Source: Eukaryota sp. GEM-RC1 (lineage: Eukaryota). From it: a stretch of 64,000 bases of DNA. The position numbers and the translations under genes were made by a program. Position 1 is the first letter of the stretch; each line of letters opens with the position of its first letter. The stretch covers positions 930,001 to 994,000 of the forward strand of contig JAUFOQ010000002.1 of assembly GCA_040285855.1 (NCBI GenBank). The letters are read 5' to 3'. The notes below the pieces were generated by a model. It saw only the letters and a list, made by a program, of their open reading frames with translations. It did no database searches and had not been told where the DNA came from. This document shows, in pieces, positions 24,231 through 36,356 of this stretch.

Positions 24231-25491
24231 AAGTGGAAACAAAAACATACTAGTGAACCAAAGTGACACAGAAGGAAGAAAAGCATGGTTCAAATTGACT
24301 TTGGTCTTACCTACCAAAACACGTCATCAACAAGTCAATAACACGTCAATAACACGTCAATACGGCTGACTGGAACTCCAGTGTAGTAAGATTCTGAAAC
24401 CTTTATGTGTGCACAGTCTCTCATAAAACATAGTCATCAAATCACATGTCAAAGCCGTGGTTTTTCTATCATTTTCGATTAAGCTAGCACTGTTAAAGTT
24501 ACATTAGTGTACAAACTTTTGGCTGTTAATTAGACACTGTGGATTTCACTGTGGACGAGATTACATTGGCCTTGCCGCAGAGTTATATTACTTTGTATTT
24601 ACTATTCAATTTTGGAAACAAATACATGTACATAATTGTGAAAGAGCTTGTTTATTGTACTGAAAAGTTTTCATTAAAACAGTAATATCGATTTTATAAT
24701 TGTTCTATTTTGGAAGATTCACTAACCAGTCACTTGAAATCTCTTTACACAGAAACTGGTTATTATGTGGAACATTTGAACAGCAGATCAATTGGTAAAG
24801 CAGCATACTTGCCGCTATTAGATCTATCCATGTTGAAACCATTGTTAAAGTACAAGATGTTAGCCAAATGTATGAGTATAGTTACGTAGTCAGTTAATTC
24901 ATTTTATAAACATCATTTCCTTACTTCTTTCACCAACATGTATCAAAGAGTTATACATCATTGCCAATATATTTTGCAATTTACATACATTGCAACAGAA
25001 ACACTTAGGTCTTCTTCTGTGTACCATCATCATGAACAGCTGAAATGAAGAAGTGAAACAGGATGAAGAGTGTGTACAATTGGCGGCAATGAAACACTGA
25101 TGGGAACAACATACTACGTGAACAACAGTAGGGAGAACATTCAATTGTACCATGAGATCGGAAACTATAAAGCATACTGATGTTTACTTTATAAGTTGCT
25201 CGTAGAAAACAGATTTGGTTCAACAAAATCTAGTGACAATAATTCGGAACTGTCTGAATTAAGGACACGATGTAGTGTCTAGTAGTATCTCATAGATCTA
25301 ATTTTGATATTGATTGTGGTCATGTTCAACTATAAACTTTGTTTAACAAATATATAACGATTTATTGAACACAGTACCGAAACCGCCATCAAATAGATAT
25401 AAAGTACAAGCATCAGCTAATATATGTACAATTTTTCCGTTGTTAGTTTTCAAATTTCCAAAAAATATCATTGCAAAACTCATTAATACCA

Positions 25492-28143
25492 TCAAGAACG
25501 CTCATTAGATGATTTGGCCAAGGAATCCAGAAACATTAACATAACCTTTTGAAGTTGTTCAGTATCTGGTGGTATTTGCAACCTTCCATCAATCATTGTT
25601 TTAGATTGCTTAACAAGACCAGCAAGTGAGCACGTGATGATCTCTTCCCAACCGCAATCATCTGAATTAACTCCATCGTCACCAGGTTCAAAATTACTTG
25701 AATCCAATTGACCAGTTAGTAGTAGGTCTGAGTTGAAAACAGATTCAATAAATGCATACTCATCGGAATTTAAATAGTATCGTAATCTGACCAGCATTCC
25801 AAATAAGTTTACAGTCGATGCTAAACCACAATTCAGCTGAATCAAACAATTTTTCAAACTCTCACAGATCTTACTCTGATGTGTAAGATCATCATGGGCC
25901 AGATTCAACAATACGTCAACACCTTGGAGTTTCGGGGGTCCTTTTCCTTGTATCTAACGATTAGCCTCTTTTGAATTGCCCTAAAGAATCTGGCTTTCCT
26001 CGTGAGCTCTTCTTGATTGTGGATGAACTGATGACGTGTTTCCAAATGTATATCAATGAGTGAGAAGAGATCATTAAGTGGCAGAGGTTCACAATAATTG
26101 ATTGCAATATCTGGGATAGTTTTAAAAAAGAAATGGACCAAACATTGGACAAATACAAACAGAGATTCAATGTTATTTGATTGAAGTCTGATTTTAGGAT
26201 TATTTGAGTTCTTCTGAAACAGAGAAACCTCGGTTGCATCACACAGTCTAAATGACATCACTACTCCAGATGATTGAGCTCTACCGTCATACAATCGTTT
26301 GTAGGTTTCCGCCACACTGTCAGTAGTACCAGTATCATCCGCTGAAAGCATAAAGGCAGAGAAGAACTCCATAATATCAACAAGTTGATTGAGTTCAAGT
26401 GTAATTTTAAAATTTTGATTGGTTTTGATTGGATACACAGCATTGGCTACCAACGAAATAGGAAGGTAGAACTCAACGGACTTTGTATTCCTTCGCCCAT
26501 CATTTTTGATTGAGTAAGAAACAGCAAGAGTTGCTTTCAAAGAAGAAGGTGACAATTGAATGTCATTATTACCGTGAACACACACAAAAACTGCATCAAG
26601 AACAAATGGGGTAGCTCTAGGACCACCCAAAGAATCAAAGCTTTGAACAGAATTAATACAAATGATTGGAGCAGCTGCTGCGGTTGTGACTGTCACGTTT
26701 GATAGGACTTGTTTACTAGAGATTGTGACTTTGACGATGCAATCTTTACAATAACCTTGACCAATCAAACCCGATTGCTGGTCATCAGCATCAGAATTGA
26801 TTGAAAACGACTGAGCAAGAGCTTCTGAGTCAAAACTATCAACGGTCATAGCGATATCACCAGAGGCAAGTGTGGCGTACGATTGAACTGCAATGTCAAT
26901 CGAAACGTCATGCGATGAGCTCTTAAAGCCCTTTCCTCTATCAAGCTCCTTATTAACTAAATGTTGTAACTTGGCTCTTTCCCTTTCCAGCATATCACAA
27001 TCATCTTGATTGATTGGCTGGATATTAGCCAATGGGGAAGGTGACGTTCCAAAGAACCAAGCGTTGATTAGCCCATCGTCACTAATTGAAACGACAAAGT
27101 TCTTTACAGAATTAATAGTGATTAAATCCAAACAGAGACCAACTGCGGGGGTTTTTGATAACCAGAGGAGTTCAATGTCGTTATTGTACACTAAAAGATG
27201 ATGAGAAGCAGATGAAATTAAGAAATTAAATGAAACATTGGCTTGAGAAACCAAAGAGGCCTCGCCCTTAACAACAGGGAAAGCAATGGCAGAGACGGGA
27301 GCGTAGTCTATTTTGACTTGGTTTAGAATATCTCCTCGATTTGAAAGTTTGAAGATATGACGTTCACATACAATCACATTTGATTGACTAGCTGATTTTG
27401 ACCCCAGACAAACAACAGGATGATCGCCTAAAGAGACCACCCACTCTGGAACCAAGACATTGACCTCCGACTCCTTGTCAGCATGAGAGTCAACAACTAC
27501 CCTGGAAGCTGAAGACAGTGACCTAAAGGTATAGTAATGAACTTCCTGAGCAGAAGATGCTATAATAAAGGAATCTGAATGAGGTAGGTAGCTCATGGAA
27601 CCCGGAAGAAGAAAAGATCTTGGGGGGAAGAGAGCAGGAAAAGAGCACGTGATCATGCTCTAGAAATAGAAGGTTGGAGTCCATTGATTGGATACAGAAG
27701 AGGTCTTTGTTCCCTGCACCTCCAAAAGGACCAAACGCCATGGAAAAGGCATTAAAAGGAAGCTGGTGTTCATATAAAAGGTTTAGTGAGGCGTAGGAAC
27801 CCGAAGAAGCGATTCCTCCTGAATAAGTTACATAATATACTGATAATTTACGGGTATGAAGCACTGCAAGAGCTACTGAATCTGATTGGGGGATAAAGCG
27901 ACCTAATGAAAGTTGGAGGATTGGGTTTTCCAGATCATTTTCAAGTAGAAGGTCTTCTGTTGATGCCTCGACTTCTTCTCTGGGGAAATGTATTCGTAGA
28001 ATCCCTGATAAGCTACCAGTGATGACTTTCTCTAGGCAATCCTCAGCGTTATCTACATTACCCACACAAATAGCATTAGGAGCAAACTCTTCGTTAGTGG
28101 GGACACTAGTGTGCCAAAAAGTCTTGACACTGAAGAGGGACAT
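25492..28143 (-). CDS. BBS9: BBSome subunit BBS9/PTHB1; frameshifts near 27625 and 25935
   Basis: MSLFSVKTFW, ITGSLSGILRI, PILQLSLGRF, LAVLH.RKL, GPFGG...D..CIQSMD, FRAIQKRL..RYK.K, GWEE. Confidence 0.93.
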
Positions 28144-28248
28144 GATGAAAAGGAATAGAAAGTGAGTGTGATGTGTGAGGCTATTTAAAAGAACTTTATA
28201 CTACACTAGTAATAGTACGGTGTAGATGCTTTATTTCATTCAGTAGTA

Positions 28249-28318
28249 CAGTCTACCCTCTGAATAGTGACACCCTCTATATAGTGATTTAGGGGTGTCA
28301 CTATTCAGAGGTAGACTG
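28249..28318. mobile_element. 70-bp micro-MITE, Tc1/pogo type
   Basis: ~27-bp TIRs CAGTCTACCCTCTGAATAGTGACACCC (one indel between arms), flanked by TA on both sides. Confidence 0.8.
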
Positions 28319-28669
28319 TATTAATAGAATGCATTTTTATTCTATTCTTAACGGTACATTGTTGATCTTAGACACTGTACGTTGAATTTTAATGTCACGA
28401 GCCTATTGCAGTTTTAACAACATTGTAATCCGTTTAGCAACACCAATAAATCTCAAATCTAGTATATGTATATCACAAATTCCGTATTTGATTTGAAGAC
28501 GCCATCTTCACTTATAGTAAACATTCCAAAACAGACCTAGATGATTATATTACTAGGATGATATCGCCAAATAACACCCCAATGCTTCGGTTAGGAACGG
28601 AAACTACTGTTCATCGTAACTCCTAGACATGTTTTGACAGTAAAGCAACACAGAGCAGATCCATGATGA

Positions 28670-29617
28670 ATGTTTACTCAATTTTTCGCTCTAGTTTTCT
28701 TGATGCGTTTCCTTCTTGTTGTTTTTGCTCTCGTTTGTGCATGCTCTGCAGAGTATTTGTTCCAAAGTCCCCACATCAATCGTGTTAATTCACGTGAAGA
28801 TGTGTTGTGGCAAGCTGATTTGAGTGAACGTTTCCTTGGCTGGACTCACGACGAACTTTCCAACTATTTCAATGCAAAGGTTGATAATTCCGGATTGGTC
28901 CCAATGACCAAGGAGAATATGATTGGTGCTAACGACCTCCCCAAAAACTATGATGTCCGTAAGGCAACTGGTTGTGGCCGATGGATTCTTGACCAAGGAC
29001 GTTGTGGTTCTTGCTGGGCTTTTGGTGCCACCAAATCTGTAACTGATCGTTTCTGTCAAGCCTTGAACGATACTTCCTTCCCCATTCTGTCTCCTCAGCA
29101 TCTTGTTTCCTGCGATTATGAGGGAAACATGGGATGTAACGGTGGATTCCCCGGTTTAGCCCACAAGTATATCGAATTCCTCGGTGTTTCAACTCTTGAT
29201 TGCTATCCATACACTTCTGGAACTACTCAGAAGTCTGGAAGCTGTCACACTAAGTGTCACGACGGTTCTTCAATGAAGAGATATCATCTCCACAAGTTCC
29301 AAACTCACTTTTACAGACATGAAGAAGACATTATGGCCGCTCTTATCAAGTTTGGATCTGCTGAAGTCTCCTTCTCTGTTTATGATGATTTCCTTTCCTA
29401 CAGCTCCGGAATCTATCATCATGTATCCGGACCCTTCCGTGGTGGTCATGCAGTTACCTTAATTGGTTATGGTGAAGAAAATGGTCAGAAGTATTGGACA
29501 TGTGCTAATTCTTGGGGAGAGAACTGGGGTGAACAAGGAACTTTCAGAATTCTTCGTGGTGTTAATGAGTGTGGGATGGAATCCAATGGCGCGGTAGGAG
29601 GTCTACCCAAGCTTTAA
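28670..29617 (+). CDS. Cathepsin B-like papain-family (C1A) cysteine protease; start may be ATG 28703
   Basis: Signal peptide; DQGRCGSCWAF, GCNGG, GGHAV, NSWGENWGEQG. Confidence 0.95.
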   Translation: MFTQFFALVFLMRFLLVVFALVCACSAEYLFQSPHINRVNSREDVLWQADLSERFLGWTHDELSNYFNAKVDNSGLVPMTKENMIGANDLPKNYDVRKATGCGRWILDQGRCGSCWAFGATKSVTDRFCQALNDTSFPILSPQHLVSCDYEGNMGCNGGFPGLAHKYIEFLGVSTLDCYPYTSGTTQKSGSCHTKCHDGSSMKRYHLHKFQTHFYRHEEDIMAALIKFGSAEVSFSVYDDFLSYSSGIYHHVSGPFRGGHAVTLIGYGEENGQKYWTCANSWGENWGEQGTFRILRGVNECGMESNGAVGGLPKL

Positions 29618-30680
29618 ACCTTCCTGTTCTGTACATGTAGTGTTCTATAAATTGCTGTTACACATGACTTAAACAAAAACTATGCTTGAATTGTCTACAT
29701 TGATCCATTAAACTGTATGTAACAATCAATGGGTTTCCGTGGACTGCGTGAGTTGATTGATGTTGAAACATACCGACTTGACCTGAGTAAGATGTTCAGT
29801 GTCACTCTAAATCACTTTGCCATTTGCCACTCTTAAAACAAAAAGACTTTGAATTGGACTGAATTTGACAGTGTAATACATTTAGTTTCAACTTGTAGTC
29901 CAGCAGGGTCAACGTTTGTCAATACAATTTGACCTTTGTTAACTTGTCGTGATTCTATAAAAATAATCGCTTTGTGTCTGCGCCTATTGCGTATTATCTG
30001 AACTACATCTATTCCAATGCTGAGGAAACATTTTTCTTTTAAAGAAATGTATAAAAATGTATTCCAAAAACATTTAACCATTTCATTTATGGAATCTTTG
30101 GATTCATTAATTCTGTAACCGACAAAAATCCATATATCATCAGTCAAATCTACTAATGTCGTGAATAATTTTGCATAATACCAGTAAGTTGTAAAATAAT
30201 CTAATTGTGACCACTTAAAACAATATACCCATTCATATACTGTCCATTGTTTGACTTTGATCTGATCTTCTAACAACCCTAATTACCGCCATTACCGCCA
30301 TTGTAAACCCTGAAAAACGGAAAAACGAAGAAGTTGTTTCACTTGCAACGGACGAAAATTGTCTGTAATTGGAACCAATGGAAACGTTTTTTAAGAGTCC
30401 CTCTTTTTGTATTTTTTTTTGAAAGTGATCTCTTCATGCTTTGTGTCTTTGTTTGTTTCTCGTTGCCAAGAAAACCTTGTTTTAATCTTAAGGATCATGA
30501 ATCTAGAATGGCTTATAAACATGTGACTTAGGTTAAGTTTATGACCTTCAGGTCCTCTCTTTCATTCTTCATGTCTTGGTGGTTGTTCAAAAGTTTAAAA
30601 TTTTGACTTAATTTTCATTTGGTTAACTGTCATCCATTTATTCACAATAGCATCCAGTTTCCCTGTTTTTATAGACCATC

Positions 30681-30883
30681 TGCACAAGGTATTTTAATAT
30701 CTTTTGGTAAATTGTGTCTTGAGTACGGTAAAGTTTTCAATGAAAATTTTTGGTTGAGTAGGTTAGCGTTTGGCGCTGTTTCGTTCAATGCACAGATATA
30801 TTAATTTTACTTTTGGTAAGTTGCTGGATGAAGGACAGAAGGATCATAGTTTAGATACTTGTATTTAGTGTATGTTAGTTATT
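30681..30883 (-). repeat. Decayed dispersed repeat, homologous to 53288-53313 plus 54231-54415 (+)
   Basis: Shared AAGTATCTAAACTATGATCCTTCTGTC...TCTGTGCATTGAACGAAAC...AACCTACTCAACCAAAAATTTTCATTGAAAACTTTAC. Confidence 0.85.
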
Positions 30884-31095
30884 GTTTTTTCAAAAGAAAT
30901 TACATGTACTAGTCTTTCTTGGTCATCCCCTTGTTTTTTGACTCATCAGAACTTGTTTCTTGGACTAAGAATATCCATATGATGATCTTTACGTAATCCA
31001 CGTTTGTCCTTCTCCAATCATTGGTGAATGCTGTAGATCTTTATGATACCTTTTATATCAAATCCAACATCTTCTCAGCTTCAGTGTATCTCTTC

Positions 31096-34000
31096 ATGCA
31101 CTTCCTGATTATAGTGTGCATCGTTATTCCTTTGATAACTTGGTCTGAATTTCTTCCTTTTGCATCTGCTTACAACTTCCCTTTAATAGAGTCTTCATCT
31201 GGCTTCATACCTACCTCTGGTGGTAGAATCACTCTCCATGGTGTTAACTTTGGCCCTACATCTGCACAAATCTCTGTTAGAATCTCAGACAGACCCTGCT
31301 CTTCTCTTCAACGCCACAATGCCTCTTCCATCTCATGTATCGTTCCTCCTGGCGTTGGTCGTGGACATGCAGTTTTCCTAACAGTAAATGGGCTGCAGAA
31401 CGACGTTCTCTTTACAATGGATTATGAGTCTCCTGTTGTGACCTCTATAGAACCTGACATAATTGATATCACGTCACCATTCACAATCACTGGAAATAAT
31501 TTCTACAGGGAACCGAGATTCATTGAAATCTCCTTTGGAATTTTCAAATGTTCATCTGTTTCAATTATTCAAAGTCATCGAAAAGTTTCTTGTTCTGGAA
31601 TCACTCTCGACAATTCCCTTAATGAACATGCTTTATCTTCTATTCTTTCTTTTCAGTAGCCAACCAACGTATAGATATTCCTGTAAATCTTTCTGCTGTG
31701 CAAGTTTCTCTTTCTTCTTCTCAATTCCCAACTGTTGGTGGAGTCAGGGTTGATTTAAGTGGTTTTGGATTTGAGATGGATAAGGAAGTTAAGGTGGTTG
31801 TTGACATTGAGGAGGTGGAAGAAGTAGAAGCTCGTTATGCAACAGTATCATCACCAACAACTATTTCCTTTGAACTACCGCCAGGATTTTCTTACTTCAC
31901 TGTCAGGACTTTTCTTGATGGAACCCAAGTGTCAGGAAATCTTCGTCATTCATATGATTCTCCACTTATCCTAGACATTCGCTCTCCATCAACTCCAACC
32001 TCAGGAGGAACTAAGATGAGTATTACTGGAAAGAACTTCTTTGGGAGTTCGGCGAAAGGTCATGTTAAAGTGCATGAATCGACAATCAGTGAGATTTCTA
32101 TCAGATCTGATGAACTGATTGAGCTCACGTTGCCTGCAGGACAGGGAAAGGGCTTTGTTTATGTTACTATTGGGAAGTTGATTAGTAGAGGAGAGTTTAG
32201 GTTTAATTATGATGCCCCTGTTATTGATCAAGTTGGAACGTCAAATACCTCTAATATTGTTTTTGGCAAAGAAATTTTAATAATTGGCGAAAATTTTGGA
32301 CAACGACTAGATGAGCTGCAAATTCGATTTGGTCAATCATATTGTCCTAAAATTTCCTTTAAACGTCATCATTCCGAGCTAATTTGTCACGATTTGTCCT
32401 CCAATGTTTCTAGTATTGCTGATGTTTTTGTTAGAGTCTCTGGACTTTTGAGCCAATCACATCGAATAACCTTTATACCTTCCATTTTCGATTTAGAAGG
32501 GCTCAAATCAACAGATGGAAACGCTATTGTTCAAATCAGAGGTGTTTCAATCGACTCAATCGCAAGAAGAAGTTTACTAGTTCACTTTAAAGGTCATGAA
32601 CCTCGGTCTCCTGTTGAATCTGTCAGAAATAACGTCATCAATGTTAAACTTCCAGTTGGCAGCGGTCACTCATTTTTATATATTTCTTGGATTGACGATT
32701 CATCAACACGTGTTTTTTCCAATCAGATCACGTTTTCTTACGATCCTCCTTTAATTGACTCTGTTACTTTCCCCAAAGGTTTCAGCTTAGTTGGTAATGA
32801 TCCAGTTTTTATCACCGCCAGAAATCTAGGTCCACTGATCTCTACTGTTTCAATCACAATCAACGACCTCCCATGTACCAGCATTCGACGTGTTTCTCTT
32901 GATCGGTTATCATGTAGATCTCCACGGCTGAGCTCTTTTGCCAGTGTTCCAGTCAAAGTAATTGTTTCCAACATTTCTTCAACATTGATTAATGTCACTC
33001 CTGATCCTCCAAAGCTTCTCTACGTCACCTTTCCCAATAAGAAAGCAAGAACATTGGGAGGAGATTTGATTAACATTCATTCTACTGGATTCGGTTCGGG
33101 TGACGTTTCATTCGCTATCAAAATTGATGGGAATAATTGCTCCAGCATTCAACAGTTGAATCTTTCTACTGTTCAATGTGTTCTGCCTTCTGGATCTGGA
33201 AAGGTCAATGCTTGGGTACAACTTGATAAAGGATCAGAAATGACTATCACGATGTCTTATGATAGCCCAATCATTTTGATTGATAAGGAAATTGCACTTT
33301 CCGATGAAATTTTAATTGTTGGTGATAATTTCGGCCTTCTAACTTCTTCTGTTTCAGTCTTGTTTGGTGAGTTCCAGTGTCCCTCAGTGAGTCACTCAGA
33401 GTCAAATCCACATGGATTGATCTATTGTAGGAATCTAAAGTCGTTATTTCAATCAAATAGCATCACCAGTTTAGATACATTTCCATTGACAGTCGAAGTT
33501 TCAGGTCAGTCATCATCAGTTATGATTGATTTCACCCCCACGTTTCTATCAATGAGCTGTGGAACGTCATCGTTTCCTATTTTAGAGAAAGAATCAACAT
33601 GTTATGTAATCATTTTCAATTGGATTGCTGATCTGACCTCTTCTGTGACAGTCGAAAACAATGCGGTTTCATTCACTCCTAATTCCAATCAATCAATTCT
33701 GATTGAAATCCCAGCGGGCTGCGGTCATTTCACTGTCGAAGTTCAAGCTACTTCTTCTCCTTCTGTTAGCTTCTCCCACCACTATCACCCTGCTGAAATC
33801 ACTGCCATTACTACCAATTCTTTTCCCACTCTGGGATCAGTAGAAGTACTTTTTGAAGGAGTTTTCTTTGGTAGTGATTGTGATGTCATTCTTCATTTGT
33901 TGTCTCTTCATAATGGTTCCTTGATTACCAATACTTCAGTAAGTCCTGTTCTTAATGATGGGTTAACAAGCTTTGAGTTGTCTGCTGGTTTTGGAGTTTT

Positions 34001-36012
34001 GGAGGTAACACCTCAAGTGTCAGGGGTACAGGGAAAGACTTTTAGAATTGATTATGATGAGCCCGAAGTTTCAATGATTGCAGGAGTTGATGGGTTTCCG
34101 ACTGAAGGAAACGTGATAGTAGAGCTCACTTGTTTTAATCTTCCTCCTTGCTCAGAAGTAGATTGCATCAATTCTGTTGAGTTTACTATCGACACGAAGA
34201 GTGGAATCTGTTCAAATCCCCAAATTTTTGTAGAAAATTCAATTTTTGCAGTTTTTTGTATTCTTCCTTCAGGAATAGGATCTTCGTGGGTTCGGTTCTC
34301 TTCTTCCAACGTGAAATCAAACAAACTCTCGTTTAATTATGACCGATCACAAATTTCAAATATTCAAGATGAATCTAGAATTCCTCTTCTTGAACATTCT
34401 TTTATCATATCAGGTTCCAATTTTGGGAATGATATTTCCCTTGTCAATCTCATAATCAACGATGACCATCGATGCTCTCGACTCTCAATCATTAATCACG
34501 ATACAATCACCTGCCGATTGAACCCTTCCTCCATTGCCCAGCTTCGTCAACTGCAATTCACCTTAGAATTATCCATTGACAGTCAGTCATTCTCTTTCTC
34601 TGACCTTTCTTTTGCCCACCACTTCATCACCACTTCACTCCAAACTCCCTATGGTAAACCAGTAGACGGAGGACGGTTGAGTTACATTAGGCAATCAACT
34701 GACCTTAGAGAAATGGGAGTCATTGAGCTCTTTTTGGGAGAAGAAAGTGTGGAGATTTTGAATGAATATTCTAATTCGACGTTTTTGGTATTTGAAATTC
34801 CTCCTAGAATCTCTTCAGTTACTGTACTTACGCTATTTTTAAATAATGTTGAATTTTCTACTTTTGATTTTGTCTATGACGCTCCCATCATTTCCTCAAT
34901 TGATGACTACATCTTCCTGGGAGAATCCTTTTCAATCAGAGGCTTCAACTTCATGTCTGAATCTTCCTGGTCAGTCCTAGTCAATGACAATCACGTGGGT
35001 CGATGGGATTGTGAGCTATTGATGGATACTAGGGTAGATTGCGTGTTATCACGTGGCGTGATTGATTGTGCTAATGCCAGTCATGAACACGAATTGTTGA
35101 TTGAATCTGATGGTGTTTTCTCTGATGTATATTTGTTCAATTTGACTGGTCCCGTTGTTAATCGAGTTGAAGGAAGACCAAGTCTTGATGGTGGAATAAT
35201 TGAAATATTTGGACTTTTTGGTCCTGAGTTTTGGCAGGATCATTTGTCTTTTAATCTGGGCTCCGCAGAAGCTTCAATTACAGAAGTTAATCCTACATCA
35301 ATCGTTCTTGAACTTCCACTCTTCAACGGCTCTCCTGTTTTAATTGGAGAACTTTGTGGAGTTAAATCAAAAGAAATTGAGATTAAATTCGAAACGGCAA
35401 CTGTTTTGTCAATCGAAGATCCTCCCACGAGTGGTGGTCAATCAAAAATGATTGGTGAGCAGTTTTCCCCTGAACTTGATCTCCAGATTTTCACTCTTGG
35501 ATCATACTCTTTCAAATTTCTCTCCTCATCAGAAATGATTGTTGACGTGCCTCCAGGGTCTGGAGCTCACAATTCCTTAGTATTGATCAATAGAGGGTAT
35601 CAATCTGAGGTGTACACATTGCGATATCAAAAGCCTACTATTTCTTCTTTTTCTTCAACAAAATTCAATGACAGTCACTTTTTGATTGGAAATCAGAGGA
35701 GATAACTTTGGACCATCAGTTTCTCATGTTGATTTCGTCGTGATTGACTCTGATAACTGTACTGAGATTGAAATGATTGATAAACATTCTGCTGTTAGTT
35801 GCCTATGGAATTCAAATGATGATGAATTCTCTTTGTTGGAGATCTCTGTTGGAAATCAATCAGCTTTCTTTGACATTAATACTTCGTCGATTTGGTTTTG
35901 GATTGCTGTAGTTGGTGGTAGTTTGGTTTTAATTACTGCTACAATTTTAATTATCAGGAAAGTTAGAAGGAGAAGAAGATTTCAAGCGGTAGGAATGCCA
36001 TCTGTTTCTTAG
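31096..36012 (+). CDS. Large IPT/TIG-repeat type I membrane protein; frameshifts near 31650 and 35685
   Basis: Signal-like N-terminus; repeated PTSGG..ITI.G.NFG ... P.G.G ... YD.P units; TM segment followed by RKVRRRRR. Confidence 0.85.
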
Positions 36013-36356
36013 TAGTTTGAGAATTATGAACAAATAAAGCAACATTCCCTTTAAATTCAATGAACAATATGAAACATTAATAAAATGTATTGTGTGAAAT
36101 AAATTGAGAAAAAAACGATAAACTGACTAAAAATTCCTTTTCACTAAACAAATTCAAAACGAAAAAAGAAACATATACTTAACACTCAAAGTCTTAACTG
36201 TAAAAAATCAAAAACCCAGTAACGGAATCAACAGATTGAGCTAAAATGAAAAAAGAAAAGAAAGAAAATATGGAAAATGTTTGGAACGCAAATGCTTAAA
36301 AGTATAAAATCAAGACAGACAGACAACTACAAGATTCTTCTACTTTCTTCTACTTT

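Larger units (their letters stand above)
23803..24290 (-). ncRNA. Putative spliced snoRNA host gene (3 short exons, 2 snoRNA-bearing introns at 24250-24109 and 24029-23889)
   Basis: Both repeat copies begin GTATGT and end CTAACTCCAG; pyrimidine-rich first exon; AATAAA in the last exon. Transcript ends are approximate. Confidence 0.7.

Noticed and set aside
24400..25300. Short Cys/His-containing ORFs that might be a transposase relic
   Set aside because: No diagnostic motif, TIR or TSD that I could support.
29833..30276. 147-aa AT-rich ORF as a host gene
   Set aside because: No ATG start, composition unlike host genes and no recognised motif; likely part of a decayed repeat region.
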